Source of the DNA: Candidatus Woesebacteria bacterium
Lineage (GTDB): Bacteria; Patescibacteriota; Microgenomatia; UBA1400; UBA1396
Assembly: GCA_963749595.1 (NCBI GenBank)
Contig: CAVVNJ010000003.1
Span: forward strand, 25,532-89,531
Direction of reading: 5' to 3'
Length of the DNA stretch: 64,000 nucleotides
Part shown: positions 36,944-45,558 of the stretch, piece by piece
How positions within the stretch are numbered: the stretch's first letter is position 1
Layout of the letters: each line of letters starts with the position of its first letter
Program-made: the position numbers and the translations under genes
The notes under the pieces: generated by a model
The model's input: only the letters and a program-made list of their open reading frames with translations
Databases searched by the model: none
Told to the model about the DNA's origin: nothing

Positions 36944-37728
36944 GCCGTCGGACATCAGACCAATTACTGTCAGAATTTCACCCCTCAAAGGCGGATCAAA
37001 TTCGTCATAGTGCCGCACAAATTATTCAGGAGGTAGATGGAAGCAAAGAACAGACCCTGCTATTGCTAGCCGACCAACTCCATCATCCCTTAAATAGTGA
37101 GGCACTAATCACGGCGTTGTTTTCCTTAAGTGAGCAATTAGTACTTCAAGAAAAGGATTTTCAAATTCTGGTCGGTGATGAATCAAGCGGTCGTTTGCCA
37201 AGCTTACTAGTCAAAAAACTATTCGATTCCGTGCGAAGGAAGAGAAATTCACCCCCAATTCCGTTTATTCCACTGATCGGTGGCGGATTGAGGGGGGAAC
37301 AAAAAGCGGCTTTGGAAGATTATATTGCCCAGAATCGTGGGAAATTGCAGGGTGCTTTGATCGTGACGGAATACATCCAGTCCGGCGAGAGCATGCATGA
37401 TACTTTAAACATTTTTCGTCGGTATGATCTTCATCCCACTGTAGCGGCAATTTCAGCAGCGGCAGAAAGAGGTGCTTATCTGGGCTTGATTCCGAATAAA
37501 TTGGTACTCGGGAAAGATCAATCGAATGTAGGAGTTTATCTATGGAGCAAGGCTCGAGCGGCAGGTGTAGAGAAGCGGACTTCTGCTGGCCCGCACCCGG
37601 TGGCTCTAAAAAACAGAATCAGCGATCCGGATGAGCGACGGGAAATTCAGGAGAATATTAATCAGTCGCGGCGAGATATCGCTCTGATTGCCGAGGTGTT
37701 TGCCCAGCTGTTGGAACGAAAAAAATAG
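36940..37728 (+). CDS. PRT-fold (HGPRT-like) array paralog 6
   Basis: ILVGDESSGRLPSL; LIGGG; LIVTEYIQSGESM; TVAAIS; GPHP; RDIALIAEVFAQLL. ATGA overlap with paralog 5. Confidence 0.8.
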   Translation: MSRRTSDQLLSEFHPSKADQIRHSAAQIIQEVDGSKEQTLLLLADQLHHPLNSEALITALFSLSEQLVLQEKDFQILVGDESSGRLPSLLVKKLFDSVRRKRNSPPIPFIPLIGGGLRGEQKAALEDYIAQNRGKLQGALIVTEYIQSGESMHDTLNIFRRYDLHPTVAAISAAAERGAYLGLIPNKLVLGKDQSNVGVYLWSKARAAGVEKRTSAGPHPVALKNRISDPDERREIQENINQSRRDIALIAEVFAQLLERKK

Positions 37729-37740
37729 TACACTCGGGTT

Positions 37741-38610
37741 ATGAAAAAAATATCTCCTGACCAAATAGATACTATTTTTCAAGAGACCTCAGCTGATACC
37801 GCTGATGAGCGCAATGGAGCGGTTCTACTGAAATTATCTGAACATTTGAAAAGTAATCTTGACACTCCCGAAGTGTTATCAGCGTGCTATGAATTGTGCA
37901 AAAAATTAGCGGCTGATCCGGCAAAATACGATACCATCATCAGCGATGATGCCAGTGGCCGCTTGCCCAGTTTGTTGCTGAAAGAAATCTTAGATCAACT
38001 CCGAATCCGGCAAAATCTACCCCCCCTAAAGATCTGGTTTTTGTCCGCCGGTAGAAATCGATTAGAACAACGCGAGGCGATTGCCAAGTTCATTAATCAG
38101 CATCTTGACGATCTGCACCATGCCCTGATTGTTACCGAAATCGTTGATTCCGGCGAAAGCATGAAGAATTTCTCGCAAATATTCAAAAATTTTAGTTTGC
38201 TTCCTGATATCGCTAGTGTCTCTGCGGTCGTCGATCCCAGCTATTATCAGGGACTTTTTGTTAATCAATTGATTGTGGGTCAACAGGGCAGGGTTGGCGG
38301 GTATCTTCATGGCGAAGCGGCTCGATTCCAAGCAGGAGTGTCCAAGCAAGGCATGCGCCAACCCAGCGCTCATCCGCAATCTCTTCGCGAGGCGGCGCGT
38401 CCTGGGGATCGAGTGGATGTGCAAAGAGAAGTGAATCGTACGCGCCAAGAGATAGGCCTAATTGCTAAAGTATTTCTTAAGCTGTTAGAAATTGAGGAGA
38501 AGGAGGCAGGTGAAAACAAGGGTAGTGGATCAAACAAACAATCAGGAACGACCGGCAACCCAAGCCGAAGAATTGAGGATACAAGCGGAAACTATCATCG
38601 GAGAAAGTGA
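37741..38610 (+). CDS. PRT-fold (HGPRT-like) array paralog 7, with a ~40-aa C-terminal read-through overlapping paralog 8
   Basis: TIISDDASGRLPSL; FLSAG; LIVTEIVDSGESM; IASVS; SAHP; EIGLIAKVFLKLLE. It then continues for about 40 aa instead of stopping. Confidence 0.75.
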   Translation: MKKISPDQIDTIFQETSADTADERNGAVLLKLSEHLKSNLDTPEVLSACYELCKKLAADPAKYDTIISDDASGRLPSLLLKEILDQLRIRQNLPPLKIWFLSAGRNRLEQREAIAKFINQHLDDLHHALIVTEIVDSGESMKNFSQIFKNFSLLPDIASVSAVVDPSYYQGLFVNQLIVGQQGRVGGYLHGEAARFQAGVSKQGMRQPSAHPQSLREAARPGDRVDVQREVNRTRQEIGLIAKVFLKLLEIEEKEAGENKGSGSNKQSGTTGNPSRRIEDTSGNYHRRK

Positions 38611-39295
38611 GGGGGATGTAAAAAAAGCTCTGAAAGAGCTGGCCCAACAAGTCGACTCACCGTTAAATAAACCGGATTTGCTCGAAGCCATGTATTTATT
38701 GTGCGAGAAGCTGATTTCCCGGGTAGAAGAATTCTCGGTAATTATCAGCGACGAATCAAGCGGAAGGCTAGTTAGCTTGTTGGTAAAAAATCTGTTTGAC
38801 CGAAAGCGCTCATCGCCGGTGCCAATTACTTTTTTATTAGGCGGAAGGCTAGATTCGCCGCAGCGCAAGAACGTGATCGATTATCTGCGTCAACATCGAT
38901 CGAAATTGCAAAATGCTTTAATTGTTTCCGAATATCTTGAGTCGGGTGACAGCATGGCCGAGTTTTTGGCGGATTTTCGTTTGCAGAATCTGAAAGCCAA
39001 GGTAGCAGCGGTGTCCGCCATTGGAGTGGGCAATAGATATAGTCGATTATTTCCGGAAGAACTAATTGCCGGCAAGCTTTCTTCATCGGTTGGTATTTGG
39101 TTGCATGATGAATCTCTAGCCACTGGTGTTGACAAAAACTTTGCCGAGGGTCCATTTCCGAATCGGATTAAAGACGAAGACGAAACTTGGTCTCAACAGA
39201 AAAAAATAAGGATGCAGCACTCGGTTAATCAGGCTCGTCGGGACATTGCCTTGATTGCTGAAGTTTTTGCCCAGATGTTTGGACTACCGAGATGA
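38510..39295 (+). CDS. PRT-fold (HGPRT-like) array paralog 8
   Basis: GGAGG-cag-GTG start. VKTRVVDQTNNQERPATQAEELRIQAE; VIISDESSGRLVSL; FLLGG; LIVSEYLESGDSM; VAAVS; RDIALIAEVFAQMF. Confidence 0.8.
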   Translation: MKTRVVDQTNNQERPATQAEELRIQAETIIGESEGDVKKALKELAQQVDSPLNKPDLLEAMYLLCEKLISRVEEFSVIISDESSGRLVSLLVKNLFDRKRSSPVPITFLLGGRLDSPQRKNVIDYLRQHRSKLQNALIVSEYLESGDSMAEFLADFRLQNLKAKVAAVSAIGVGNRYSRLFPEELIAGKLSSSVGIWLHDESLATGVDKNFAEGPFPNRIKDEDETWSQQKKIRMQHSVNQARRDIALIAEVFAQMFGLPR

Positions 39296-39324
39296 TATAA
39301 ACTTGGCTGAGGAGGGGGAGGACA

Positions 39325-40116
39325 GTGAAAACAAGAGTAGTGGATCAGGTAACCAATCAGGAACGATCGGCAACCCGGGCCGAAGAATTGAAAATACAAG
39401 CGGAATCTATCATCGAAAGCAATAAAGGGTTATATAAATCAACCTTGAAGGAGTTGTCCAGACAGGTAAAGTTTCCACTAAATCAACCGGATTTGTTGGA
39501 CCCAATGTATTTGCTGTGCCGGAAGCTAATTCCCCGATCTGAGGAATTTAAGGTGATTGTTAGTGATGAGGGTAGTGGGCGACTGGTTAGTTTATTAGTC
39601 AAGGATCTGTTCGATCGTCGGCGCCTAGCTCCGATACCAATAACTTTTATACTCGGAGGAAGAATGACTCCTTCACAACGGAAGAAGGTGAGTGAACATT
39701 TTGCTCGGCACCGATCGGAATTAGATCACGCCTTAATTGTTTCCGAATATCTTGAATCTGGTAATAGCATGGCCAAATTTCTGGCCGACTTTCGCCAACA
39801 AAATTTGCAGGCAACGGTCGCTACCATCTCGGCTTTGGAATCGAGCGAAGAATATCGCCAATTATTTTCGGAAGAACTTATTGTCGGCCAATTACGTTCG
39901 AGCAGCGGTTTACAGTTGTATCGTGAGCCTGATGCCACTGGTGTTGAGAAGCGCTCTGCCGAAGGTCCGTTTCCAGATCGGATTAAGGATGAGGCCGAGT
40001 CTCTGACTAAGGCTGAAAAAATTAGCATCCAGCGTCCAATCAACCAAGCCCGCCGGGACATCGCTCTCATTGCAGAGGTGTTCGATAGATTATTAAAGAG
40101 CAACGAGGTTTCATGA
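39325..40116 (+). CDS. PRT-fold (HGPRT-like) array paralog 9
   Basis: GTG start after GGAGG. VKTRVVDQVTNQERSATRAEELKIQAE; VIVSDEGSGRLVSL; FILGG; LIVSEYLESGNSM; VATIS; RDIALIAEVFDRLL. It is the closest relative of paralog 8. Confidence 0.8.
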   Translation: MKTRVVDQVTNQERSATRAEELKIQAESIIESNKGLYKSTLKELSRQVKFPLNQPDLLDPMYLLCRKLIPRSEEFKVIVSDEGSGRLVSLLVKDLFDRRRLAPIPITFILGGRMTPSQRKKVSEHFARHRSELDHALIVSEYLESGNSMAKFLADFRQQNLQATVATISALESSEEYRQLFSEELIVGQLRSSSGLQLYREPDATGVEKRSAEGPFPDRIKDEAESLTKAEKISIQRPINQARRDIALIAEVFDRLLKSNEVS

Positions 40117-40907
40117 TGAAGTCACGACCGTTCGATACTCAATCTGATTCTCGTCAGCGTAAGGCTGAGGAAAGAGAGAAAATAGCCTCTGAAATAATCG
40201 ACCTTAACCAGGGAGACCTGGGACGAACTTGGGTTTCGTTAGCCGAAAAAGTTCATTTTCCTTTTGATAGCGAAAAATTGATCAGGGTAATGTTCCAATT
40301 AAGTGCGAAGCTAATTGCGCGCGAGTCGGAGTTTAAGAGGCTGATTAGCGATGAAGCGAGTGGTCGGTTGCCAAGTTTAATAATTAAGGATTTATTTGAC
40401 CGACGGCGGAAAGAGCGGGGGCAGGAAGAGATGCCATTATTATTCTTGTTGGGTGGAAGAATGCCAGATCAGCAGCATAGAGTGGTGCGGGAATACGTTT
40501 TAAAGCATCGGCATGAACTAGCGCAATCGCTGGTGGTTTCAGAATACATCGCTTCTGGTGAAAGCATGGCTTGGTTTTTAGATATTTTCCGGCAATTTGG
40601 TTTGGAGCCAGTGGTCTCCGCGGTTACTTGTCGCTATGGTCAGAAAGACTACAAAGTCCATTTTCCCAATGAGCTAATCGTTGGTGCCGACGATAGTACG
40701 ACCGGCCAGTATCTATGGAGTAAAGGATTAGCAACCGGAGTGGAAAAACCGCCAGAATCGGTGAAAAATCCTCCGCCTTTTCCGGAAGTTCGCAAAAATT
40801 ATCAGTGGTCGACTAGTTCCCGTGAGGCCCAGCAGGCCATATTGCGAGCGAGGGAAGACGTAGCCTTAATTTCGGAAGTATTTGCTCGATTGTTGAATAT
40901 TCAATAA
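40113..40907 (+). CDS. PRT-fold (HGPRT-like) array paralog 10
   Basis: RLISDEASGRLPSL; FLLGG; LVVSEYIASGESM; VVSAVT; EDVALISEVFARLL. ATGA overlap with paralog 9. Confidence 0.8.
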   Translation: MMKSRPFDTQSDSRQRKAEEREKIASEIIDLNQGDLGRTWVSLAEKVHFPFDSEKLIRVMFQLSAKLIARESEFKRLISDEASGRLPSLIIKDLFDRRRKERGQEEMPLLFLLGGRMPDQQHRVVREYVLKHRHELAQSLVVSEYIASGESMAWFLDIFRQFGLEPVVSAVTCRYGQKDYKVHFPNELIVGADDSTTGQYLWSKGLATGVEKPPESVKNPPPFPEVRKNYQWSTSSREAQQAILRAREDVALISEVFARLLNIQ

Positions 40908-40915
40908 GTTGACTT

Positions 40916-41785
40916 ATGCCAGGAAGAATTAATCGATTATCAAACGACGAAGGTGCCAGTGACTCAGCCGAAAAACGTCGCGAGTTAAAAGTACTAGCCG
41001 CCAAGATTCTTGCTGAGGGCGGACAAGATCGCGACCAGACTCTAAAATTGCTTGCCGAGAGTCTGAAGTCGCCACTGAGAGATTTTGGCTTGCTAAAGGC
41101 GCTATATTCATTAAGTCAACAACTATTACCACGATCGAATGATTTCGCAGTGATTGTCAGTGACGAAGCCAGTGGACGAATACCGAGTTTATTAGTTAAA
41201 GAGCTCTTTGATCGAGTGCGATTGAATCGGGGAGAGACCAAAATTCCAATCACTTTTTTGCTAGGTGGGTACACTCTACCTCAACAAAAGGCAAAGGTGG
41301 CAGATTTTGTTGCTGGACACAAAGGGGAGTTGGAACAGGCGCTAATCGTCTCGGAATTTATGATGTCCGGAGAAAGTATGGCAAATACTTTGGAAGATTT
41401 TCACCGACAGGGTTTGGATCCGACGGTAGCGGCAGTATCCACTTGGTACAAAAAGGGTGAATATAAACGTCTTGCTTCAGATAAATTAGTGATTGGGGTT
41501 GACGATGACAATATCGGCGCCACCAGATTGTGGGGGGAAACTACCTCCTCTGGAGTGGTTAAGCTCGAAACCTCGCCTGGGCCGCATCCGGAGTCGACAA
41601 AACTGGTGAAGAAGGGAAATGACCTGCACGATATGTCAGAGATTGACTTCGCGGAACCAGTTCAGAAAGACATCGCTTTGGCTAGGGGAGAGATTTATCT
41701 TGTGGCGGAGGTATTTTTTGGTATGCTAGCCTCGCCTCCCAAACAGTCTTGGCTTCAGCGTTTAAAAAATGGGGGGAAAGAATAA
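40916..41785 (+). CDS. PRT-fold (HGPRT-like) array paralog 11
   Basis: VIVSDEASGRIPSL; FLLGG; LIVSEFMMSGESM; TVAAVS; GPHP; GEIYLVAEVFFGML plus a short tail. Confidence 0.8.
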   Translation: MPGRINRLSNDEGASDSAEKRRELKVLAAKILAEGGQDRDQTLKLLAESLKSPLRDFGLLKALYSLSQQLLPRSNDFAVIVSDEASGRIPSLLVKELFDRVRLNRGETKIPITFLLGGYTLPQQKAKVADFVAGHKGELEQALIVSEFMMSGESMANTLEDFHRQGLDPTVAAVSTWYKKGEYKRLASDKLVIGVDDDNIGATRLWGETTSSGVVKLETSPGPHPESTKLVKKGNDLHDMSEIDFAEPVQKDIALARGEIYLVAEVFFGMLASPPKQSWLQRLKNGGKE

Positions 41786-42580
41786 ATGCAACCGCGAGTT
41801 AATGTATTAAATTTGCGTCAGGAGAAAGACAGCCAGGCTGAGGTTCGTCGGGAGTTGCGTAAGCTGGCTGAGCAAATATTGAAACGGGGAAATGGTGAAA
41901 AACAGAAGACCTTGAAGTTGCTGGAAAAATATCTTGAATACCCGTTTGAAGTCGATGTTCTTAAAGCAATGTTCTCGCTTAGTCAGCAATTAATTTCCCG
42001 GTCCGACAGTTTTGATACGATTATTGGTGACGAAGGCAGTGGTCATTTAATAGCCTTAATGTTAAAGGAGGTCTTTGATCGCGAGCGGGTGAAGCGTGGG
42101 CAGGAGAAAATTCCAATTACTTTTTTGCTGGGTGGCTTGACTACCGATGGCCAGGAAAAAAAAGTTAATGAGTTTGTCGGACAACACCAGGCTCAGCTGA
42201 GTCGTGCACTGATTGTTACGGAATATATCTTGTCCGGGCGAGGCATGGTTAATTTGCTGAAGAGCTTTTCGCACTATGGCCTGACGCCGGTTTTAGCCGC
42301 AGCAACTACCCAATATGAGAAGAAAGACTATGCTGAACTTTTTGGGGTCGAGTTAGTCATTGGTACTGAAGAGAGTGGCGCGGGATTGAATTTATATTCT
42401 AAACCCGCCTTGACTGGGGTACAAAAAAGGCCGGAGAGCCCCGGTCCTCACGCTGAAGCATATAAAAAACTGGTTTCCCAGTTAGGGTTGAAAAAAGAAA
42501 TCCAGAGAGAAGTTAACTTTGGTCGTGACCAGGTTTTTCTGATTGCCGAGGTTTTTTACGGACTACTACAGTCCAAATGA
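41786..42580 (+). CDS. PRT-fold (HGPRT-like) array paralog 12 (most divergent)
   Basis: TIIGDEGSGHLIAL; FLLGG; LIVTEYILSGRGM; VLAAAT; GPHA; DQVFLIAEVFYGLL. It starts immediately after the paralog 11 stop. Confidence 0.8.
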   Translation: MQPRVNVLNLRQEKDSQAEVRRELRKLAEQILKRGNGEKQKTLKLLEKYLEYPFEVDVLKAMFSLSQQLISRSDSFDTIIGDEGSGHLIALMLKEVFDRERVKRGQEKIPITFLLGGLTTDGQEKKVNEFVGQHQAQLSRALIVTEYILSGRGMVNLLKSFSHYGLTPVLAAATTQYEKKDYAELFGVELVIGTEESGAGLNLYSKPALTGVQKRPESPGPHAEAYKKLVSQLGLKKEIQREVNFGRDQVFLIAEVFYGLLQSK

Positions 42581-42614
42581 CCCCAATCGACCTGGTTCCA
42601 GCTATAATGCATCT

Positions 42615-43787
42615 ATGAGTGGGTTTTCTTTTCAGTTGGCGGCCGAACAAGGTCACGCCCGTGCTGGCGTGATGCAGACCGCCCACGGCGATGCGTTGAC
42701 GCCGATGTTCATGCCGGTGGGTACTCAGGCCACCGTAAAATCTTTGAGTACTGAAGACCTTGTAGAGCTGCAACCCCAGGTTGTGCTGGCCAATACTTAT
42801 CATCTTTATTTGCGGCCGGGATACGAGCGAATTGCCCGTTTAGGCGGCTTACACGAGTTTATGCACTATGACCGGCCGATGCTGACCGATAGCGGCGGCT
42901 TTCAGGTTTTCAGCCTGGGGGAACAACTGGCCCAAAAAGGCGAAACCCGTTTGACCAAGGCAAAAATTTCGGAAGAGGGCGTAGAGTTCACCTCGCATTT
43001 GGATGGTTCGCGCCACCAGTTGACACCGGAACTTTCGATCGAGATTCAGCGACATTTAGGGGCCGACATCATCATGGCGTTTGACGAATGTTTGCCGGAT
43101 GAGGCCGGTCGGGAATATACCGAGGACTCGGTTGAGCGGACCTACCGTTGGGCGCAGCGGTGCGCGGCTGTTTGGGATGGTGCGGCGCGGCGGAGTGTGC
43201 CGGGCCACGAGCAGGCCCTGTTTGGCATTATCCAGGGAGCGATGCACGAAGATTTGCGCCGCCGCGCCGCGCAACAAATTTCTTCATTGCCTTTCGACGG
43301 CCTGGCTTTGGGCGGGGAGACGATTGGCTACAATATGTCTGGTACTATCCAGGTTTTAGACTGGCTCAGAGCTGATCTACCGGTCGAAAAACCGCGTTAT
43401 GCCATGGGTTTGGGTCGAGAGCCGGAGAACGTGGTGGAAGCGGTTTTAGCTGGGTATGACCTGTTCGACTGCGTGGCTCCGACGCGTCTGGCCCGCAATG
43501 GCGCGCTGTACCACGGTCGATTATCATTGGCCAATAACCGGCCGGCTTGGCAATCCGAGTTTCCCAAATCCCGTTTGCCGATCGGTAGCGCCAGATTTGC
43601 CGAAGATCAAAGCATCATTCTTGAGGGTTGTGACTGTGAGACCTGCTCACGGGGTTACACTCGTGCGTACCTCCATCATCTTTACCGGACGCAGGAGCTG
43701 GCCTATTATCGCTTGGCTTCATTACATAACGTTAGGGTAATGATCCGCCTAACGGAAGACCTCCGCCATTGGATTTTAGGAAAATAG
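42615..43787 (+). CDS. tgt: tRNA-guanine transglycosylase (queuine/preQ1 tRNA-ribosyltransferase)
   Basis: FMPVGTQATVKSL, LANTYHL, MLTDSGGFQVFSL, MAFDEC and the zinc site CDCETCSRGYTRAYLHHL. Start set at the ATG at 42615, and TATAAT lies at 42603-42608. Confidence 0.92.
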   Translation: MSGFSFQLAAEQGHARAGVMQTAHGDALTPMFMPVGTQATVKSLSTEDLVELQPQVVLANTYHLYLRPGYERIARLGGLHEFMHYDRPMLTDSGGFQVFSLGEQLAQKGETRLTKAKISEEGVEFTSHLDGSRHQLTPELSIEIQRHLGADIIMAFDECLPDEAGREYTEDSVERTYRWAQRCAAVWDGAARRSVPGHEQALFGIIQGAMHEDLRRRAAQQISSLPFDGLALGGETIGYNMSGTIQVLDWLRADLPVEKPRYAMGLGREPENVVEAVLAGYDLFDCVAPTRLARNGALYHGRLSLANNRPAWQSEFPKSRLPIGSARFAEDQSIILEGCDCETCSRGYTRAYLHHLYRTQELAYYRLASLHNVRVMIRLTEDLRHWILGK

Positions 43788-43789
43788 AC

Positions 43790-44746
43790 ATGATTCTGCC
43801 CACTGCCCAAATCCGTCGACGTCAGAAATCAAGTAAATCCTGGCAAGGGGAGCCGGGGATTTTTAAGTATTTCGCCTTGATCTTTATTATTTCTCTTGGA
43901 TTGGCTGGATTCACGTTGTTCATGCAGCGTCATTGGCGTGATCCGGGTCAGAGGGGAGTCTTGATCATTCATGACGGTTTAGATTCGGTTCGCAAGCCGC
44001 TGACTTTGGTCGTTATTGATCCGGAATCCCCGCGGCTGGTAATTTTACCTTTACCCCCTGAGCAATCACTCACCCTGCTGCTTAATTATGGTTCCTATCA
44101 ATCTCAGGCCTTAGTGCGCTTGACCCAGCTGGAAAAATTGCGCTGGGATTTTCTGCTCAGCACCTTGGCGCTACAGTATGGGGTGGCGCTGGATGGAATG
44201 ATCTGGACGAAACTGGACAAAATCGAGTCGCCGGGCGATTTGCGCAGTCTGGCTCTGGGATCGATTTTCCGCCAGAATCCAACGACCCTTGCCTGGTGGG
44301 ATCGCGGCCGACTGCTGGCCGATTTGCAACGTATTCCGGAGCACAAAGTAGATCGATCTTTTCCGACGGATGCGGATGAGGCTGGGCTGGAGCAGTGGGC
44401 GAGCCGCCTGATTCAGGATACCCAGATACGTCACAGCGGCGTGACGGTAGCGATTCAAAACGGTTCTGGTGTTCAGGGCCTGGCGGCTCGCCTCAGCCGG
44501 ATGCTCCGGATCATGGGTTATGACGTGCGGGCTCTGGAGACAGTCGCGGAGGTTAGTACCTCGAAATTAGTTTTTCGTCCGAATTTTGAGGAAAACGTGG
44601 GTGGGCACTGGGCCAGGTTGCGGCTGCAGGCCGTGGCGAGTTTTTTGTCTCCAGAAACCGACGCGCAGCTGCCAGAAAAACTCCGCGCCGATCTAGTAGT
44701 GATCGTAGGGACGGATTTGAAAACTAAATTTAGTCTTCATCAATAG
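43790..44746 (+). CDS. Membrane-anchored LytR/CpsA/Psr-like protein with LytR_C-type C-terminal domain
   Basis: N-terminal TM helix (YFALIFIISLGLAGFTLF). The C-terminal segment GVTVAIQNGSGVQGLAARLSRMLRIMGYDV is typical of LytR_C. Confidence 0.55.
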   Translation: MILPTAQIRRRQKSSKSWQGEPGIFKYFALIFIISLGLAGFTLFMQRHWRDPGQRGVLIIHDGLDSVRKPLTLVVIDPESPRLVILPLPPEQSLTLLLNYGSYQSQALVRLTQLEKLRWDFLLSTLALQYGVALDGMIWTKLDKIESPGDLRSLALGSIFRQNPTTLAWWDRGRLLADLQRIPEHKVDRSFPTDADEAGLEQWASRLIQDTQIRHSGVTVAIQNGSGVQGLAARLSRMLRIMGYDVRALETVAEVSTSKLVFRPNFEENVGGHWARLRLQAVASFLSPETDAQLPEKLRADLVVIVGTDLKTKFSLHQ

Positions 44747-45506
44747 AAGATTCGCCAAAATCACCGTATCGTTCTTCGTTATCGAGGGCCTCATCGATGC
44801 CGGCTGATTCAATCGTACCGGCTTCTTCCGCATCCGATCCGCTATACACCGGAGAATCCTCATCGCGAGACAACTCATGGTCCAGAGTTAAAACGTTCAG
44901 GTTCTCGGTTGGGAAAGAAGTAATGTGCGCTACGGCCTGATCCCGGCTTTGTTCGCGAATAAAGATCGTCACCGTGCTATTTTTTAGGGATTGGATTTTT
45001 GTGGAATATCGATTGCCAGCCTCCAGTAATGGGCGCAAGCGGACCGCCAGATCATCCGGCAGACTGCCAATGTACTTTTGTTCGCAGTGAACGCCAACCC
45101 GACTTTTGGTGGCTTGCAACGCGCAATCGGCGCCGATGCTTAGTACCGCCAATACTTCTTGACCAGCCAGGCGTACCAACTGGACGGACTTGGTTTTTCC
45201 CGGCTCATCAATGAAATCTGAGTGTTTCAGGGCTTTGGGAAGCACGATCGGTTGTTTTTTCGCCAGGACATCCAAATATTTTCGGGCGACCTGATTAGTG
45301 CGGTCACTTTCCAGCACTCGCTCGTAAGTTTTCTTGGCCTCGGCTAATTTTCCGGACTGGAGGTAGGAAAAGCCTAGACGATTGAGGGCGCCGATATTGT
45401 GGGAGTCTTGATCCAGTATCTCAAGGTTGATTTGGCGGGCGTCATTCCAGCGCTCCTCTTGGGCAGCTTTGACGGCGCGGTTTTGCAGGACAAGAAGTGT
45501 GTTCAT
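44730..45506 (-). CDS. TPR-repeat protein with acidic C-terminus
   Basis: TPR-like helices (WNDARQINLEILDQDSHNIGALNRLGFSYLQSGKLAEAKKTYERVLESD). The tail is rich in D/E. Confidence 0.65.
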   Translation of the reverse strand: MNTLLVLQNRAVKAAQEERWNDARQINLEILDQDSHNIGALNRLGFSYLQSGKLAEAKKTYERVLESDRTNQVARKYLDVLAKKQPIVLPKALKHSDFIDEPGKTKSVQLVRLAGQEVLAVLSIGADCALQATKSRVGVHCEQKYIGSLPDDLAVRLRPLLEAGNRYSTKIQSLKNSTVTIFIREQSRDQAVAHITSFPTENLNVLTLDHELSRDEDSPVYSGSDAEEAGTIESAGIDEALDNEERYGDFGESSIDED

Positions 45507-45558
45507 AAGCGTATTCTCAAGATGGTATCATAAACAGGATCGCTAGGAATGCAAGAGT

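Noticed and set aside
32877-42580. A ~800-bp periodic repeat that could suggest a CRISPR array, satellite or IS cluster
   Set aside because: The period corresponds to full-length protein-coding paralogs with start and stop codons and SD sites. There are no short direct repeats with spacers and no transposase motifs.
32877-42580. Interpretation of the array proteins as ComF-type competence PRTases (dprA is also in the window)
   Set aside because: ComF proteins carry an N-terminal Cys-rich zinc finger and a canonical acidic PRPP loop. These proteins have no Cys cluster and a different N-terminal helical region, and they align better with 6-oxopurine PRTs.
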